Shown here: positions 1 through 8,854 of the stretch, in pieces
Layout: each line of letters begins with the position of its first letter
How positions within the stretch are numbered: the first letter of the stretch is position 1
Origin: Promethearchaeota archaeon
GTDB lineage: Archaea > Asgardarchaeota > Thorarchaeia > Thorarchaeales > Thorarchaeaceae
Assembly: GCA_014728035.1 (NCBI GenBank)
Contig: WJMJ01000039.1
Coordinates: forward strand, 1 to 43,844
DNA length: 43,844 nt
Direction of reading: 5' to 3'
Position numbers and translations under genes: made by a program
Notes under the pieces: model-generated
Told to the model about the DNA's origin: nothing
The model's database searches: none
What the model saw: only the letters and a program-made list of their open reading frames with translations

Positions 1-1
1 A

Positions 2-511
2 GAAGTTGTTACAGAAGCTCGAAATAGGACTATCATGGAAACTTTGGCAAATATCCAAGATGATGCTTTTCAAATATTAGAAATAAGCTATGGACAAGAA
101 ACTATTGGAAAACATACATGTTCACCACATCTTCATGAGATTAACATCATGCTAAGAGGGTTACGAAATCAACTCAATCCTAATCTAGTAGCTTTTGAGG
201 GCTTAACACCTCTATTAATTGATTTCTCCGCTCGTGATGTGGTTCAATTCTTTAAAGAAAGTGTAGAAGAGAGTATCAAAATGGGCTCTATCGAATTCTA
301 TTTAGTTCATCAAGATACGGCTGATTCTGTTACCATTAACCAGCTGTACTCTCTCGCTCAAGGTATTATTACACTCACTACTTCACGAGGTAAATATTAT
401 CTCACCGTGAAAAAAAGCACAGGCGTGGAACTGCCTTTTAATCCCATAGAATACGTTCCTAGCATGAATACTCCATCAAGATTGGATTGGAAGATTGAAT
501 TAAACTGGTAA
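2..511 (+). CDS. KaiC/RAD55-like RecA-fold protein, C-terminal part (5' partial)
   Basis: The frame is open from position 2 (EVVTEARNRTIM...). Segments LVAFEGLTPLL, LYSLAQGIITL and YLTVKKSTG resemble the C-terminal half of archaeal KaiC/RAD55-like domains. Walker A is not in the window. Confidence 0.55.
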   Translation, partial: EVVTEARNRTIMETLANIQDDAFQILEISYGQETIGKHTCSPHLHEINIMLRGLRNQLNPNLVAFEGLTPLLIDFSARDVVQFFKESVEESIKMGSIEFYLVHQDTADSVTINQLYSLAQGIITLTTSRGKYYLTVKKSTGVELPFNPIEYVPSMNTPSRLDWKIELNW

Positions 512-513
512 TC

Positions 514-1203
514 TTATTCAATTTCTATTTCTTCTTCATCATCATCTGAATCAATTGAAGCCATATTGGAAAACATCTGTTCAAATACCTTCATGATTTC
601 TTGTATCTGAAGAACCCAGTCAGAAATGGTTTCTTTCCTTTCGCGTGATGGAAAAACGGGATTAAGCATGCTTCGCACTTTTTGACAACTCTCTGCATCC
701 CAATTACACTCATCCATGATTTCCTCAATTCTTTGAATGATTCTACCCCGAATTTGAGAAAGCTTGATTGTTTCTTGATCAAGTTTTTGAAGTCTTGTAT
801 TTACTTTATGCAGTTCGTCCAACAACCGTCTAACTGCTTCAACATCGGGAGGTGCTTCCTGTCTTGACTTGGTTTTATCTGCTATTACTCTATCAGTTCG
901 GATAATCCGTATTCCAAATGTATGAGGAAGTATTGTAGTTGATAGGCCAAAACTTACGTCAAGTTTGTAATATACTCGATCAGGTCCTAGTTCACTCTCT
1001 CCAGATTCTCGTTGAACTAATCCTGCTTTTTCTAATGAGTTCAAGTGCTTCAGAACTACTCTTCTATTCAATTGAAGAAGTTTCGATAATTCATAGGGAT
1101 ATCTTGGACCTTGAGCTAAAAGACGTAGTATTTTGCGTCTAGTTAGATGACCTAAAGCCTTGAAGACTCTATCAAGATTTTCTGGGTCTTGTCCACTCAG
1201 CAC
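514..1203 (-). CDS. ArsR-family winged-helix regulator, Phr/HSR1 heat-shock-regulator-like
   Basis: FKALGHLTRRKILRLL...ELSKLL...VLKHLNSLEKAGLV...GPDRVYYKL wHTH, then FGLSTTILPHTFG and a coiled coil as in Phr/HSR1. GGGAGG-type SD just upstream of the GTG start. Confidence 0.8.
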   Translation of the reverse strand: MLSGQDPENLDRVFKALGHLTRRKILRLLAQGPRYPYELSKLLQLNRRVVLKHLNSLEKAGLVQRESGESELGPDRVYYKLDVSFGLSTTILPHTFGIRIIRTDRVIADKTKSRQEAPPDVEAVRRLLDELHKVNTRLQKLDQETIKLSQIRGRIIQRIEEIMDECNWDAESCQKVRSMLNPVFPSRERKETISDWVLQIQEIMKVFEQMFSNMASIDSDDDEEEIEIE

Positions 1204-1296
1204 CTATTCCTCCCTATACATTGAATGAATTTTGCTATTCTACTAGATACTAAGTGGTCCCTAGTTAATATAAGATTTATGACATGTAATCTAGTG

Positions 1297-1599
1297 TTAT
1301 CGCATTTTCTTATCTTCATCGCTTCTGTATTTGGTGAGTAATGATTCTGTCTTATCTGGGACAACTACAGACTTATCATATCGTGGTCCACTTCCTGTAA
1401 TAAAACCTGATGAAACTCCTTCTTTTCTGGAAATTGTTGGACGCGATGCTGTCATGAGAAGATAACGAAGGAATTCAAGGTCTGTCACTTTACAACCCAT
1501 TTTTCGTTGATATCTCATTTTTTCTTCTTCCCAAGTAAGCACATCATGTTCTGTTAGTCCTTTGAATAACTTGTTTTTTGTTCCTTTAACTGGTGCCAC
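1297..1599 (-). CDS. small hypothetical protein, possible ribbon-helix-helix DNA-binding protein
   Basis: 100-aa ORF filling the gap. KNKLFKGL-TEHDVLTWEEEKMRYQRKMG-CKVTDLEFLRYLL has a strand-helix-turn-helix pattern like RHH proteins. Confidence 0.5.
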   Translation of the reverse strand: MAPVKGTKNKLFKGLTEHDVLTWEEEKMRYQRKMGCKVTDLEFLRYLLMTASRPTISRKEGVSSGFITGSGPRYDKSVVVPDKTESLLTKYRSDEDKKMR

Positions 1600-1611
1600 A
1601 TACTCACTCTC

Positions 1612-1641
1612 AAGGTTAACTTGTTAACCTTAGTTACCTTG
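1612..1641. promoter_or_regulatory. operator-like inverted repeat upstream of the 1297-1599 gene
   Basis: AAGGTTAAC-TT-GTTAACCTT (1612-1631) is a perfect 9-bp inverted repeat, followed by a third half-site GTTACCTTG (1633-1641). It lies between a minus-strand TATA-like element (~1650-1655) and the GTG start. Confidence 0.6.
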
Positions 1642-1691
1642 ATGTCCTCTATATTGGTTCGTAATACCTTGATAATACACAGGATGAGCTT

Positions 1692-2840
1692 CTATCCTTC
1701 TTTGTTTGATTCAGTTTCTTTAGTAGTAGAATCTCTGTCTGTTTCAGCTTTTGGAGCTGGCGTGAATTTAGCTACAGGAGTCTGCCCAGCTGAACGACTG
1801 GGTTCATCTTCTCCTCCAGTATGATATAGACTGGAAGTTCTGGTGGGTCTAAAGTCCGTGACTGCTTTCCAAGTAGCTGATTTATCAGATATTGCAGTGA
1901 GCTTTTTGACACGAAACATTGCAATTGCAGAAAGGTCAATGAGTAATATGTTCATGGTCAGTAATGCAAGTGAACCAAAACCAATTCCGACACCAATAGA
2001 AGACCCTGTTAATGCACCGAGAGCAATCATCATTCCAACATTTACTGCGGGAGGCATCAGAGCTGCTGAAATAGCTACTCCGACAAGCGATGCCATATCG
2101 CCTCTCGTAACAGAAACCGCAACTGCTCCACCTGAAACGATTGCAATCATAACATCTAGGATAGCAAAACCTTGTCTTCTTGTTATCTCTGTCATTATTC
2201 CTTCTGACATTTGATACTCTACAAGACTGATCAGAGTTGGAAACTCCACAGAGGGAACATAGAGCAAAGGCATTGCAAAAGCCATGATGATACCAACAGC
2301 AAATGATATTGCAAGGGATATAAGCTCATTAACGGTACCCTTTACAAATAGATCCCTATCTCGCACAACATATCCCAGTGCGACACCAAGCATCGGCCCC
2401 ATTAATGGTGCCAATAACATAGATGCAACAATTATAGCAACGTTGTTTTGAATAAGCCCTATTCCTGACATGATTGCGGCAAAGACAGTAAAAGCAATGA
2501 AATCGAATGTTAAGGCAGATTTTCCTTTGACACTCTCATAGATTTCTTCAACCGCTAAGTTTGCTTCACGAGCAATTCTTTTTTCCTTTGTTTCTTCTAC
2601 TTCACGGGGAAGAGATGCTTTGAGTTCCAGTATGTCAATAAAACCATATTCAACTCCAACACCTCTAGCCTTGAGCTTCTCTACTGTTTCAAGTACTGTT
2701 TCATCAGATACTCTAAATTGGAGAAAATGTGCATTATCAGCATTGAATCTGATGATGTTCTTCACATCAAGGCTATCGATAAGATAATCGTAGACCGATT
2801 GCGTTTTATCGAAAGGTAGCACAATTTGTACTTGTTTCAA
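1692..2840 (-). CDS. TIGR00341/DUF389 family membrane protein
   Basis: IIVASMLLAPLMGP and LVGVAISAALMPPAVNVG motifs, multiple TM helices, soluble N-terminal domain. Confidence 0.9.
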   Translation of the reverse strand: MKQVQIVLPFDKTQSVYDYLIDSLDVKNIIRFNADNAHFLQFRVSDETVLETVEKLKARGVGVEYGFIDILELKASLPREVEETKEKRIAREANLAVEEIYESVKGKSALTFDFIAFTVFAAIMSGIGLIQNNVAIIVASMLLAPLMGPMLGVALGYVVRDRDLFVKGTVNELISLAISFAVGIIMAFAMPLLYVPSVEFPTLISLVEYQMSEGIMTEITRRQGFAILDVMIAIVSGGAVAVSVTRGDMASLVGVAISAALMPPAVNVGMMIALGALTGSSIGVGIGFGSLALLTMNILLIDLSAIAMFRVKKLTAISDKSATWKAVTDFRPTRTSSLYHTGGEDEPSRSAGQTPVAKFTPAPKAETDRDSTTKETESNKEG

Positions 2841-2994
2841 TTGGCAGCATCCTCGAGATTATAAAAAGTGGTGTCTGTGGGTCTATTAAGGTTTGCTCGA
2901 CTGCTATGAATACACCATTTTGTATTACAAATTGCTTTTTTGTCGTATAACTACAATTTTTTTACAATATTGTGAGAGAAATCAATCGAGCATA

Positions 2995-3648
2995 ATGGCA
3001 ATTGCTGAAATTCTTATTGCATGGTTCCTCTTATCTCTAACTGGAGCCTTGGCACCCGGACCACTATCAGCTGCAGTTGTTATGCAGGCGAGTAGACGGG
3101 GTAAACTACACGGTATTCTTCCAATGGTCGGGCATGCAATCGTAGAGATCGGTATTGTTGCAGGAATAGTTCTCAGCGTGAACGCTTTGGTTCTGAATCA
3201 ATTCACAATTGATTTGTTGATTGGATTTGGAGGATTTGTAGTGATTATTTTCGGACTATTAGCCATGAAGGATTATCAATACGAAGAACAAAATTCTGTT
3301 GAAGAATCATCTACTAATACATCAACGGTTGCAGAAGCAACTATTCAGGGAGCAGCAGTCAGTATACTCTCTCCATATTTTCTTCTTTGGTGGTTTGCCA
3401 TTGGCTTAGCTAATGTTACTATGTTGATAGCTGAGCTTCAAGTAGGTATTAGTATCGTATTCATTGCAGCGTTACTAATCTTTTTGACTCATGTTTCCAC
3501 AGATTTCCTGTTTGGAATATTCCTCTCTATTACTGCTGATAAAGCATCAAAACGTGCAAAAGCCAAAGGAATTAATTGGCTAAATGTTGGAATTGGTTTG
3601 TTTCAAATATTGCTAGGTATTTGGTTCATCATTCAGGCTGTTTTCTGA
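2995..3648 (+). CDS. LysE-family translocator
   Basis: LSLTGALAPGPL, GHAIVE and SILSPYFLLWW motifs. Start moved to the ATG at 2995 (MAIAEIL). Confidence 0.85.
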   Translation: MAIAEILIAWFLLSLTGALAPGPLSAAVVMQASRRGKLHGILPMVGHAIVEIGIVAGIVLSVNALVLNQFTIDLLIGFGGFVVIIFGLLAMKDYQYEEQNSVEESSTNTSTVAEATIQGAAVSILSPYFLLWWFAIGLANVTMLIAELQVGISIVFIAALLIFLTHVSTDFLFGIFLSITADKASKRAKAKGINWLNVGIGLFQILLGIWFIIQAVF

Positions 3649-3673
3649 ATTTTATAGACTATTTTATATCTCT

Positions 3674-4273
3674 TTGAAGAAAGTAAATATGATTGCTATG
3701 GAGAAACGGAGAAGTGTATTGGCATATTGTTTTGTAATACTTTCTATGTTCATGATACTCACTGCTAACAGGATAGCTGTTTCATCAGTAGACACGAAGA
3801 TAGCGCAAAATATTAGTCAAGATACCGAGGGCCCAGCTTTTGGTGATTTTCACATCGTACCTGACTATCCGGATTCCTATGAGAGTGTTGCTGTTGGAAT
3901 TGATATCGTTGATGACAATGGTGTAGATGCAGCCTATATTGAGTTTAACATTAGCGAAACTAGAACGAATAAATCGCTAACACATTTCTCAGATGATTTG
4001 TGGGGTACCGATATTCCTGGTACTTCGTACTTGAAAATAATTGTGATACGAGTCTATGCTGTTGATACATTGGGTAACTGGGCCACTTCATCTAGTAGAA
4101 TTATCAACTTTAGAAATCCAAATCCCAATCCTGGACCAGATACTACAGAAACAGAAACCACAACTCAAGATTCACTAGCAATTTCTCCTGATACAATACG
4201 TCTGATTGTTATTGCTGGAACCGTCGGGATTGGAATTATCGCAATCTTAGTAGTAAGAACACGCCAGAAGTAG
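3674..4273 (+). CDS. secreted/surface protein with a beta-rich Ig-like domain and C-terminal TM anchor
   Basis: Signal peptide (KRRSVLAYCFVILSMF), beta-rich domain ending VYAVDTLGNW, Pro/Thr linker, TM helix and basic tail. True start probably ATG 3689 or 3698. Confidence 0.7.
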   Translation: MKKVNMIAMEKRRSVLAYCFVILSMFMILTANRIAVSSVDTKIAQNISQDTEGPAFGDFHIVPDYPDSYESVAVGIDIVDDNGVDAAYIEFNISETRTNKSLTHFSDDLWGTDIPGTSYLKIIVIRVYAVDTLGNWATSSSRIINFRNPNPNPGPDTTETETTTQDSLAISPDTIRLIVIAGTVGIGIIAILVVRTRQK

Positions 4274-4348
4274 GTTCAATAACTACTAATGTCCAAGTTG
4301 AAAACGAGAAAACTTTTCATTTGGTGTACTCAAGAGATATCGTTAATC

Positions 4349-4951
4349 ATGTCTAGAATATTGATAACTGGTTATGAGCCATTTGATGGATTCAAGATCA
4401 ATCCGTCTGCTGAACTAGCAAAGTTTCTTGATGGAAAACACATTGTCACTAATTCGATTATTGGAACTGTATTGTCTCTTGATTACTCCACAGCTTTTGG
4501 ACAATTTCTAGAAGCATTTCTAGATGTATCTCCAGACTTTGTACTCTGTTGCGGTCAAGCAGGAAGAGCTGCGATATCATTTGAGAGAATTGCAATCAAC
4601 GCAGTTGGAAAGAAACCGGATAATGAGGGCAATATTCCAGAGAGTGATCTTATCGACTCAGAAGGCCCAGCTGCTTACTTCTCCTCTATCGAACTTGATA
4701 ATATTGTGGAACTATTGAAAGCAGAAGGAATACCAGCTTATGTTAGTTATCATGCTGGTACTTATGGATGCAACTGGCTGCTGTATAAAGTTCTGCACTA
4801 TATACATAGTCAAAATCTTTCAACAAAAGCGACGTTTGTTCACGTGCCTCCATTGCCAACTCAAGCTATCGACCAAGATAAGATGAGTCTCCCAACTATG
4901 CCTTTTGAAACAGCAAAGGAAGCCATGGAGATCGTCATAAAGAACCTATGA
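4349..4951 (+). CDS. pcp: pyroglutamyl-peptidase I (C15 family)
   Basis: ILITGYEPFDG..INPS, catalytic Glu (FERIAIN), Cys (AGTYGCN) and His (FVHVP). Start moved to ATG 4349. Confidence 0.95.
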   Translation: MSRILITGYEPFDGFKINPSAELAKFLDGKHIVTNSIIGTVLSLDYSTAFGQFLEAFLDVSPDFVLCCGQAGRAAISFERIAINAVGKKPDNEGNIPESDLIDSEGPAAYFSSIELDNIVELLKAEGIPAYVSYHAGTYGCNWLLYKVLHYIHSQNLSTKATFVHVPPLPTQAIDQDKMSLPTMPFETAKEAMEIVIKNL

Positions 4952-4965
4952 CGATTTTTCTCCAT

Positions 4966-5727
4966 TTACAAATAGTCTTTCAATACTTTGATAGCAATTA
5001 TTGCAAGTAATGTGCTTATGATAATAGCAATGGTTCTTTCAATCAGCATGAATGGAAATATCACCAACCCGAAGACAGAACCTGGCAAATCAAGAATGAA
5101 TATTGAACCTAGTGTCATCATCGAAAAATCTGAAAATGTTCCAATTGCTACAAGAGGAATGATATTGGCTTTAGATGTCAAGTCATCTGTGATGATATTA
5201 TTTGAATGATATATTTGAAGAGTTAGTGCACATAAAGCGGCTACGAAATATCCTACCATGAACCACCACGCATCTGGACGCATAACCAGAAATACTGCAA
5301 TCACCACAAACAAATATATTGCAGCTATTAGCGGACCCGGAATTTGCAATTCTCTTATTTTATGAGTGCTCCTCTTAGAAAGTCCGACAAATAATCCAGC
5401 TAAAGCTGGCCCAAAAACAAGATTTGGTAATGCAAGAAATAAACCTCCTATTATAGAAGACACAATGAGACCTATGACTCCAGCAAGAAGTCCAAACATG
5501 AAACCCCATCGGAAGTCAAAAAGTATTCCGAACAACGGAGCTATACAAATTGCAAAACTGATAATACTACCTGCTCCGATGAATGTACTCATAGGTAGTA
5601 ACAAAAAAACACCATAAATGCCTGAAAAAATAGCTCCTAAAGCTATTTTGAAAGCTAAACTAGAACCACCAAATAGAGTCATGTCTTGGGTAGTTTCTTC
5701 TCCTTCAATCAATTTTATACTCCTCAA
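4966..5727 (-). CDS. ECF-transporter S-component-like membrane protein
   Basis: About 7 hydrophobic helices. KIALGAIFSG...IAPLFGILF..RWG pattern is typical of ECF S components. Substrate unknown. Confidence 0.55.
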   Translation of the reverse strand: MRSIKLIEGEETTQDMTLFGGSSLAFKIALGAIFSGIYGVFLLLPMSTFIGAGSIISFAICIAPLFGILFDFRWGFMFGLLAGVIGLIVSSIIGGLFLALPNLVFGPALAGLFVGLSKRSTHKIRELQIPGPLIAAIYLFVVIAVFLVMRPDAWWFMVGYFVAALCALTLQIYHSNNIITDDLTSKANIIPLVAIGTFSDFSMMTLGSIFILDLPGSVFGLVIFPFMLIERTIAIIISTLLAIIAIKVLKDYL

Positions 5728-5829
5728 CTGTCGCGAAATTCATATCCTTATCACCTTTCCGGAAGTTACGGAATGGAATTCCCTATCAGATAATTCATTA
5801 ATGGGCTAGAATTGTCGTGAATCGTTGAT

Positions 5830-6483
5830 GTGGAAATGGAAGAAGTTCTACTTGAAATGCGTGACTTAAAGATGGAATTTGATGATAAAATCCTCTTTGA
5901 GAATTTCAGCCTGAAGCTATGCACGAATGAAGTAATTGGACTTACCGGTCCATCTGGGTCTGGAAAGAGCACTATATTGCGAATAGCTATTGACCTCCTT
6001 ACTCCGACAAATGGTACAGTTGAATTCTTGGGTAGGGAAGTTCATGAATGGGATCCAAGAGAATTGCGTAGTAAAATGGTAATGGTTCCTCAGCAAGCTC
6101 AGATGTTTCCGGGGACTGTAAAGGATAATTTATGCTGGGGCCTCAAAATTCATAATAAATCTGAAGATGAGGAGGACTTGAAAGAAATATTGGAGGAAGT
6201 TACTTTGCCTAGTTCAATGTTAGATAAAATTGCAGATAATCTTTCAGGAGGCGAGAAACAGCGAGTAGCACTAGCGAGGTCTCTTCTTCTTGAACCCAAA
6301 GTTCTGCTAATGGATGAACCCACATCTGCTTTGGATGAAGGGTCCACTCTAGCTGTAGAACAAACTATCCGTGATGTTTTCACTGAACGAGATCTGGGTG
6401 TTATCATAGTTACTCATAACAGAACTCAAGCAGAGAGATTTACCAATAGAATCGTTGAAATCAATGATACTGAGGAGGACTAG
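5830..6483 (+). CDS. fetA: ABC transporter ATP-binding protein (FetA/YbbL-like)
   Basis: GPSGSGKS Walker A, LSGGEKQR signature, LLMDEPT Walker B, H-loop VTH. Adjacent to a FetB permease. Confidence 0.8.
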   Translation: MEMEEVLLEMRDLKMEFDDKILFENFSLKLCTNEVIGLTGPSGSGKSTILRIAIDLLTPTNGTVEFLGREVHEWDPRELRSKMVMVPQQAQMFPGTVKDNLCWGLKIHNKSEDEEDLKEILEEVTLPSSMLDKIADNLSGGEKQRVALARSLLLEPKVLLMDEPTSALDEGSTLAVEQTIRDVFTERDLGVIIVTHNRTQAERFTNRIVEINDTEED

Positions 6484-6486
6484 GAA

Positions 6487-7308
6487 ATGCAAGATATTGT
6501 ACAAATAATAGTAAATTTCGTGATGAATCAACCAGAGGAAGTGGTCAATGCATTTTACAGTTACTTGACAGCAATGGTATTTCTTGTAGCTTTGATTATT
6601 ATCTCAAAATGGCAGGGTGTAGAAATAGCGAATAAACTGGTTGTAGGGACTATTCGCGGTACTATCCAAATTATCCTAATGGCGTTAATACTTATTGAGA
6701 TTTTCAATCTTGAAAATATTCTGATTATTTTCCTCGTATTAACATTCATGTCATTCTTTGCAGCTTATACTGTTCAAGACAACTTAGATGATATTCCTAA
6801 TTCATTCAAGGTTGCTTTACCAAGTATTTTGGTTTCCTCTCTATCTGTAATGGGAGTTGCAGTTCTATTAGGGGTCGTTGAAACAACAGGAGAGTTCATA
6901 GTTCCAATGGGTGGCATGATTATTGGTAATTCAATGGGTCTTACCAGTTTGGTTATAGAGAGAATGTGGTCTACAGCTCAGAAACAAAGAGGCCTTTTAG
7001 AAACAGCACTCGCTCTTGGTGCTTCTCCAGTTCAAGCTACAGAGAATACAATACAAGAATCTATCAGATCCTCTTTACTTCCAAACCTCAATAGGTATGC
7101 TTCACTTGGCGTTGTAAGTATTCCCGGTCTTATGAGTGGCATGATTATAGGTGGATTGAATCCTCTTGCTGCAGCTTTGTATCAGGTCCTAATATTCATC
7201 CTCATCTTCTTATCAGCAATTATCAGCGGAATCATTGTTTCCCGCTTGTTCCTTAAGGAGATGTTCAATGAACGGTTCCAGCTCACTGTTCCACCAGCTC
7301 AAGCCTAA
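6487..7308 (+). CDS. fetB: ABC transporter permease FetB/YbbM (UPF0014)
   Basis: RGTIQI, IVPMGGMIIGNSM, ETALALGASP and GVVSIPGLMSGMIIGG..P..AA.YQ motifs. Confidence 0.9.
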   Translation: MQDIVQIIVNFVMNQPEEVVNAFYSYLTAMVFLVALIIISKWQGVEIANKLVVGTIRGTIQIILMALILIEIFNLENILIIFLVLTFMSFFAAYTVQDNLDDIPNSFKVALPSILVSSLSVMGVAVLLGVVETTGEFIVPMGGMIIGNSMGLTSLVIERMWSTAQKQRGLLETALALGASPVQATENTIQESIRSSLLPNLNRYASLGVVSIPGLMSGMIIGGLNPLAAALYQVLIFILIFLSAIISGIIVSRLFLKEMFNERFQLTVPPAQA

Positions 7309-7400
7309 AATTCATCAAGCTCCTATCGATAATTTCCAGAAGGAAAACGGTTAAAGGTAGGAGCTTTCCACTTCGGCTCAATAGACTTGGAGGTCAGATA

Positions 7401-8717
7401 TTGAGCGACTCGGAGACCTTTGACATCGTTGTTGTTGGAGCAGGTGTTATTGGAGTAGCAACTGCATACTATCTTCAGAAAAATAACCCCGACAAAAGAA
7501 TACTGATTTTGGACAGATTACCCGCAGCTGGACAAGCAAATACTGCTATGAGTGCTGCTGCTGTAAGGAATATGTTCGCTTCTTCGACAAATCAACTCCT
7601 TACTCATACATCAATAAAATGCATTGAACACATTCAGAATGAGATTGGATACGAACTTCTTTTTGAAAAGACTGGATATCTCTGGTTACTTAGTGATGAT
7701 CAATTCAATCATGAATCAGTGCAGACCTGGATGAAACGAATGGAAACTTCAGGTATTCATTACAAAGTTTTCAACAAGGAAGAACTGAAAAATATGATTC
7801 CGGGTCTCAATGTCGATTTCACTAATGACGAAGAGGCAGAACTCATGAATTTGGAAGAAGTGAGCTATGGTCTTTTCGGTGGGGATTGTGGTGTTCTCGA
7901 TCCTACAAGACTAGTCGAGTTCTATCTGGAAGAGTTCAAGAAAATAAGTGATGTCAAGCCGCGATTTGGTGTGGATGTAGAGGAACTTCTTCTCTCTGCA
8001 GACCCTCCTCTTGAACTTCCTGGTGAACCTTATGTCTGGCAAAATAAACTAGTCACTGGTGTGAAGACGAATAAGGGTGTTATTCATGCAGAAACAGTCG
8101 TTATCGCTACAGGAGCATGGGCTAATGAACTTCTTGACCCAATTGGAATGAACAGTCAAACAAAAGCAAAGAAACGTCAAATGTTTGTTCTACATGCGGA
8201 CGAGAAAGAAGGTCTTCATAAGCTGCTTGATTCAAAAGGGTTCAATGAGTTAAATTGTATTCCATTCACAATTCTCCCTTCAGCAGGAGTGTATTTCCGT
8301 CCTCAATTACAGGAGCGTGGATTCTGGATTGGATGTGGAGATAAGCTAGGACGTGCTTATCATTACAAACATACTCCTTCATTTGATGTTGCAGAGAGTA
8401 GTTATTACGAAAATAGTGTCTATCCGGTTCTTTCCAAATACATTCCTGCTTTTGAAGGAAGTCGACCAGTAAACTCCTGGGGTGGCGGATACAATTATAG
8501 TCCTGATGCAATCCCGTTTGTCTACTATGAGAACGGTGTTTTAGTTGTAAATGGAGCTAGTGGTAGCGGAATAATGAAAGCTGATGCTATGGCTAGAATA
8601 GCAGATGCACTTTATCGAGGAGAAGAAGAAGCTGAATTGTTTGGTGGGAAAAAGATTTCATCCTCAGCATTGACTATCAAAGATCGGGATGTTGAGATTG
8701 AGAGCGTAGTGATTTAG
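7401..8717 (+). CDS. FAD-dependent oxidoreductase (DAO / sarcosine oxidase beta / proline dehydrogenase family)
   Basis: VVVGAGVIG Rossmann motif, ATGAW, SPDAIP, GASGSGIM. GGAGG SD before the TTG start. Confidence 0.9.
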   Translation: MSDSETFDIVVVGAGVIGVATAYYLQKNNPDKRILILDRLPAAGQANTAMSAAAVRNMFASSTNQLLTHTSIKCIEHIQNEIGYELLFEKTGYLWLLSDDQFNHESVQTWMKRMETSGIHYKVFNKEELKNMIPGLNVDFTNDEEAELMNLEEVSYGLFGGDCGVLDPTRLVEFYLEEFKKISDVKPRFGVDVEELLLSADPPLELPGEPYVWQNKLVTGVKTNKGVIHAETVVIATGAWANELLDPIGMNSQTKAKKRQMFVLHADEKEGLHKLLDSKGFNELNCIPFTILPSAGVYFRPQLQERGFWIGCGDKLGRAYHYKHTPSFDVAESSYYENSVYPVLSKYIPAFEGSRPVNSWGGGYNYSPDAIPFVYYENGVLVVNGASGSGIMKADAMARIADALYRGEEEAELFGGKKISSSALTIKDRDVEIESVVI

Positions 8718-8854
8718 AATAAGAGGAACCAAGATTTCCTCTTTCATATTCTATTAGTTTCTGCTAATATCTCCACAAACTGTATATAAGGCAGTTTCAG
8801 TATTTCGTGTATAGATGTTACATAGGACCATACAGTCAATGGGGGACTGAATAT

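Noticed and set aside
5728-5829. Riboswitch upstream of the ECF S-component-like gene
   Set aside because: The short divergent promoter has no recognisable aptamer consensus.
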